From NCBI GenBank assembly GCA_020634555.1, contig JACKBK010000006.1, forward strand, positions 64,373 through 128,372: 64,000 nucleotides of DNA, written 5' to 3'. A program made the position numbers and the translations under genes. Within the stretch, counting starts at the first letter, position 1. Every line of letters begins with the position of its first letter. Shown in pieces: positions 62,477-64,000 of this stretch. Below the pieces are notes generated by a model. The model had not been told where the DNA came from, ran no database searches, and saw nothing but the letters and a program-made list of their open reading frames with translations. Source of the stretch: Caldilineae bacterium. GTDB lineage: Bacteria; Chloroflexota; Anaerolineae; JAAEKA01.

Positions 62477-64000
62477 ATGACCAAACCAAAGTTTAAGATC
62501 ACCTACGCGACCCTTTCCGCGGACAACCCGGAACTCAACGAGATGTTTGACCAGGCTGTGACGCGCGTGAAGAGCCGCTTCGGCGCGAACTATCCTCTTT
62601 TTATCAACGGTGAGGAACGTTGGGCCGAGGAAACCTTCGAGGATCGCAGCCCCATCAACAGCGACTGGCTGCTGGGGACATTCCAGAAGGGCACCAGGGA
62701 AGACGCGGCCGAGGCATTGGCTGTCGCGCGCGCGGCCTTCGATGGCTGGCGCAAAACCCCGTGGCAGGAGCGCGTGGCGATCATGCGCCAGGCCGCCGAC
62801 CTGATCAGCGAACGCAGCTTCGACATCGGCGCGGCGGTAACGCTGGAGATCGGCAAGAACCGGTTGGAAGCGCTGGGCGACGTGGAAGAGACCGCCGACC
62901 TGATCCGCTGGTACTGCGACGAGATGGAGCGCAACAACGGCTTTATCAAGCCACTGAACGAAGAGTCGCCCAAGCACCACAACACCAGCGTGCTCAAGCC
63001 CTACGGCGTCTGGGTGGTGATCTCTCCCTTCAACTTCCCCTTTGCGCTGGCAGGTGGGCCGGCCGGCGGCGCGCTGGTGGCCGGCAACACGGTGGTTTTC
63101 AAGCCGGCCACCGACACGCCGCTCAGCGGCTGGTTGCTGACCGAGTGCATCCGCGACGCTGGGGTGCCGGCGGGCGTTTTCAACTACGTCTCCGGGCCGG
63201 GACGCACCGTGGGCGAGGAGCTGATCACCAACAACGAGGTGGATGGCATCACCTTCACCGGCTCCTTCGACGTCGGTATGCACATCTACCGCACCTTCGC
63301 AGCCGGCGCATATCCCCGACCCTGCATCGCTGAGATGGGCGGCAAGAACGCCACCATCGTGAGCCGCAAGGCCGACCTGGACAAGGCCGCGTTGGGCGTC
63401 ATGCGCTCCGCTTTCGGCCTCACCGGCCAGAAGTGCTCGGCGTGCAGCCGCGTCTACGTAGAAGAGCCGGTCCACGAGGCCTTCGTGCAGAAGCTGGTTG
63501 CACTGACCAGCAAGATGAACGTGGGCGATCCCTCGCGCCGCGAGGTGTATATGGGACCGGCAGCCAACAAGGGCGCCTACCGCGACTACCAGACCTTTGT
63601 CGAGGCGCTGCACCGCGACGGCGAGGTGCTGACCGGCGGCAAACTTCTGACCGAGGACGGCTTCGACAAGGGCTTCTTCGTGGCGCCGACCGTGGTGGAC
63701 AACCTGCCGTTGGACCACGAGCTGTGGAAGGTCGAGATGTTCCTGCCCATCGTCAAGGTGGCGGGCGTTGAGTCGCTGGACCAAGCCATGGCGCTGGCCA
63801 ACGACAGCGTCTACGGGCTGACCGGCGGCTTCTTCAGCGAGGATCCCGACGAGGGACGGTGGTACCTGGACAACATCGAGGCCGGCGTGGTCTACGTCAA
63901 CCGGCCGGCGGGCGCGACCACCGGCGCGTGGCCGGGGTTCCAGCCCTTCGGCGGCTGGAAGGGCAGCGGCAGCACCGGCAAGGCCGGCGGCGGCTTCTAC
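62477..64000 (+). CDS. Aldehyde dehydrogenase, 1-pyrroline-5-carboxylate (glutamate-semialdehyde) dehydrogenase-like; 3' end runs off the window
   Basis: Not in the supplied track because there is no stop before the window end. ATG 62477 has SD gaggag 8 nt upstream. My own translation is MTKPKFKITYATLSADNPELNEMFDQA...VISPFNFPFALAGGPAGGALVAGNTVVFKPA...ITFTGSFDVG...AEMGGKNATIV...GQKCSACSRVYV..., which contains the catalytic Glu/Cys ALDH motifs. It is open for 508 codons. Confidence 0.85.
   Translation, partial: MTKPKFKITYATLSADNPELNEMFDQAVTRVKSRFGANYPLFINGEERWAEETFEDRSPINSDWLLGTFQKGTREDAAEALAVARAAFDGWRKTPWQERVAIMRQAADLISERSFDIGAAVTLEIGKNRLEALGDVEETADLIRWYCDEMERNNGFIKPLNEESPKHHNTSVLKPYGVWVVISPFNFPFALAGGPAGGALVAGNTVVFKPATDTPLSGWLLTECIRDAGVPAGVFNYVSGPGRTVGEELITNNEVDGITFTGSFDVGMHIYRTFAAGAYPRPCIAEMGGKNATIVSRKADLDKAALGVMRSAFGLTGQKCSACSRVYVEEPVHEAFVQKLVALTSKMNVGDPSRREVYMGPAANKGAYRDYQTFVEALHRDGEVLTGGKLLTEDGFDKGFFVAPTVVDNLPLDHELWKVEMFLPIVKVAGVESLDQAMALANDSVYGLTGGFFSEDPDEGRWYLDNIEAGVVYVNRPAGATTGAWPGFQPFGGWKGSGSTGKAGGGFY

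Noticed and set aside
62459-63784. 441-aa minus-strand ORF
   Set aside because: It is antisense to the 3'-open aldehyde dehydrogenase gene, which the track omits because it has no stop codon in the window.

Overview
This is a high-GC bacterial chromosomal segment, about 60-65% GC by eye and not computed. Coding density is high, and the track contains many long antisense shadow ORFs.

The gene content fits a Chloroflexota-like organism, but this is inference only. The supporting traits are an O-antigen-ligase/TPR fusion, lipobox lipoproteins, T/P/A-rich linkers ending in (Y/W)LPL(V/I) tails, and TGnTATAAT promoters abutting start codons.

Layout:
1. 1-2.8 kb holds housekeeping genes: the efp 3' end, tRNA-Thr(CGU), a ResB-like membrane protein and udk.
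2. 2.9-28.6 kb is a ~26 kb Wzx/Wzy-type glycan locus.
   - It encodes 5 GT4 and 1 GT2 glycosyltransferases, 2 DegT aminotransferases, 2 hexapeptide acyltransferases, a FemAB/GNAT-like protein, 2 SDR enzymes and an NDP-sugar pyrophosphorylase.
   - It also encodes a Gfo/Idh/MocA oxidoreductase, a UDP-sugar 6-dehydrogenase, a WecA/MraY-type initiating transferase, a flippase and a polymerase/ligase-TPR protein.
   - It has three sulfotransferase-like genes and is punctuated by a locus-restricted family of 32-34 bp hairpin repeats.
3. 28.8-31.8 kb holds a cyclophilin lipoprotein, a lipid kinase and a methyltransferase.
4. An orphan AbiEi-like gene sits at 31.9-32.5 kb.
5. 32.5-39.7 kb is a purine/nucleoside salvage module, a BMP-type ABC transporter divergent from adenine deaminase.
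6. 40-46 kb holds secreted proteins: a triple-META lipoprotein, a BNR propeller and a heavily frameshifted LRR/FN3 pseudogene.
7. 46.4-53.1 kb holds a SWIM + SNF2 helicase pair, with a nested double hairpin between the two genes, divergent from a STAND-type ATPase with a C-terminal HTH.
8. 53.4-64 kb holds an FAD monooxygenase, an unusual LacI-UroD fusion regulator and a deoxyhexose-type catabolic cluster. The cluster comprises a Zn-ADH, an AKR, a rhamnulokinase-like kinase, a class-III aminotransferase and a 3'-truncated P5C-dehydrogenase-like ALDH that the ORF track omits.

Most interesting candidates: the putatively sulfated glycan locus with its private hairpin-repeat family and a 158-bp tandem duplication of a gene start, the LacI-UroD fusion, and the SWIM/SNF2/STAND neighbourhood.

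I found no CRISPR array, rRNA, transposase or integrase.
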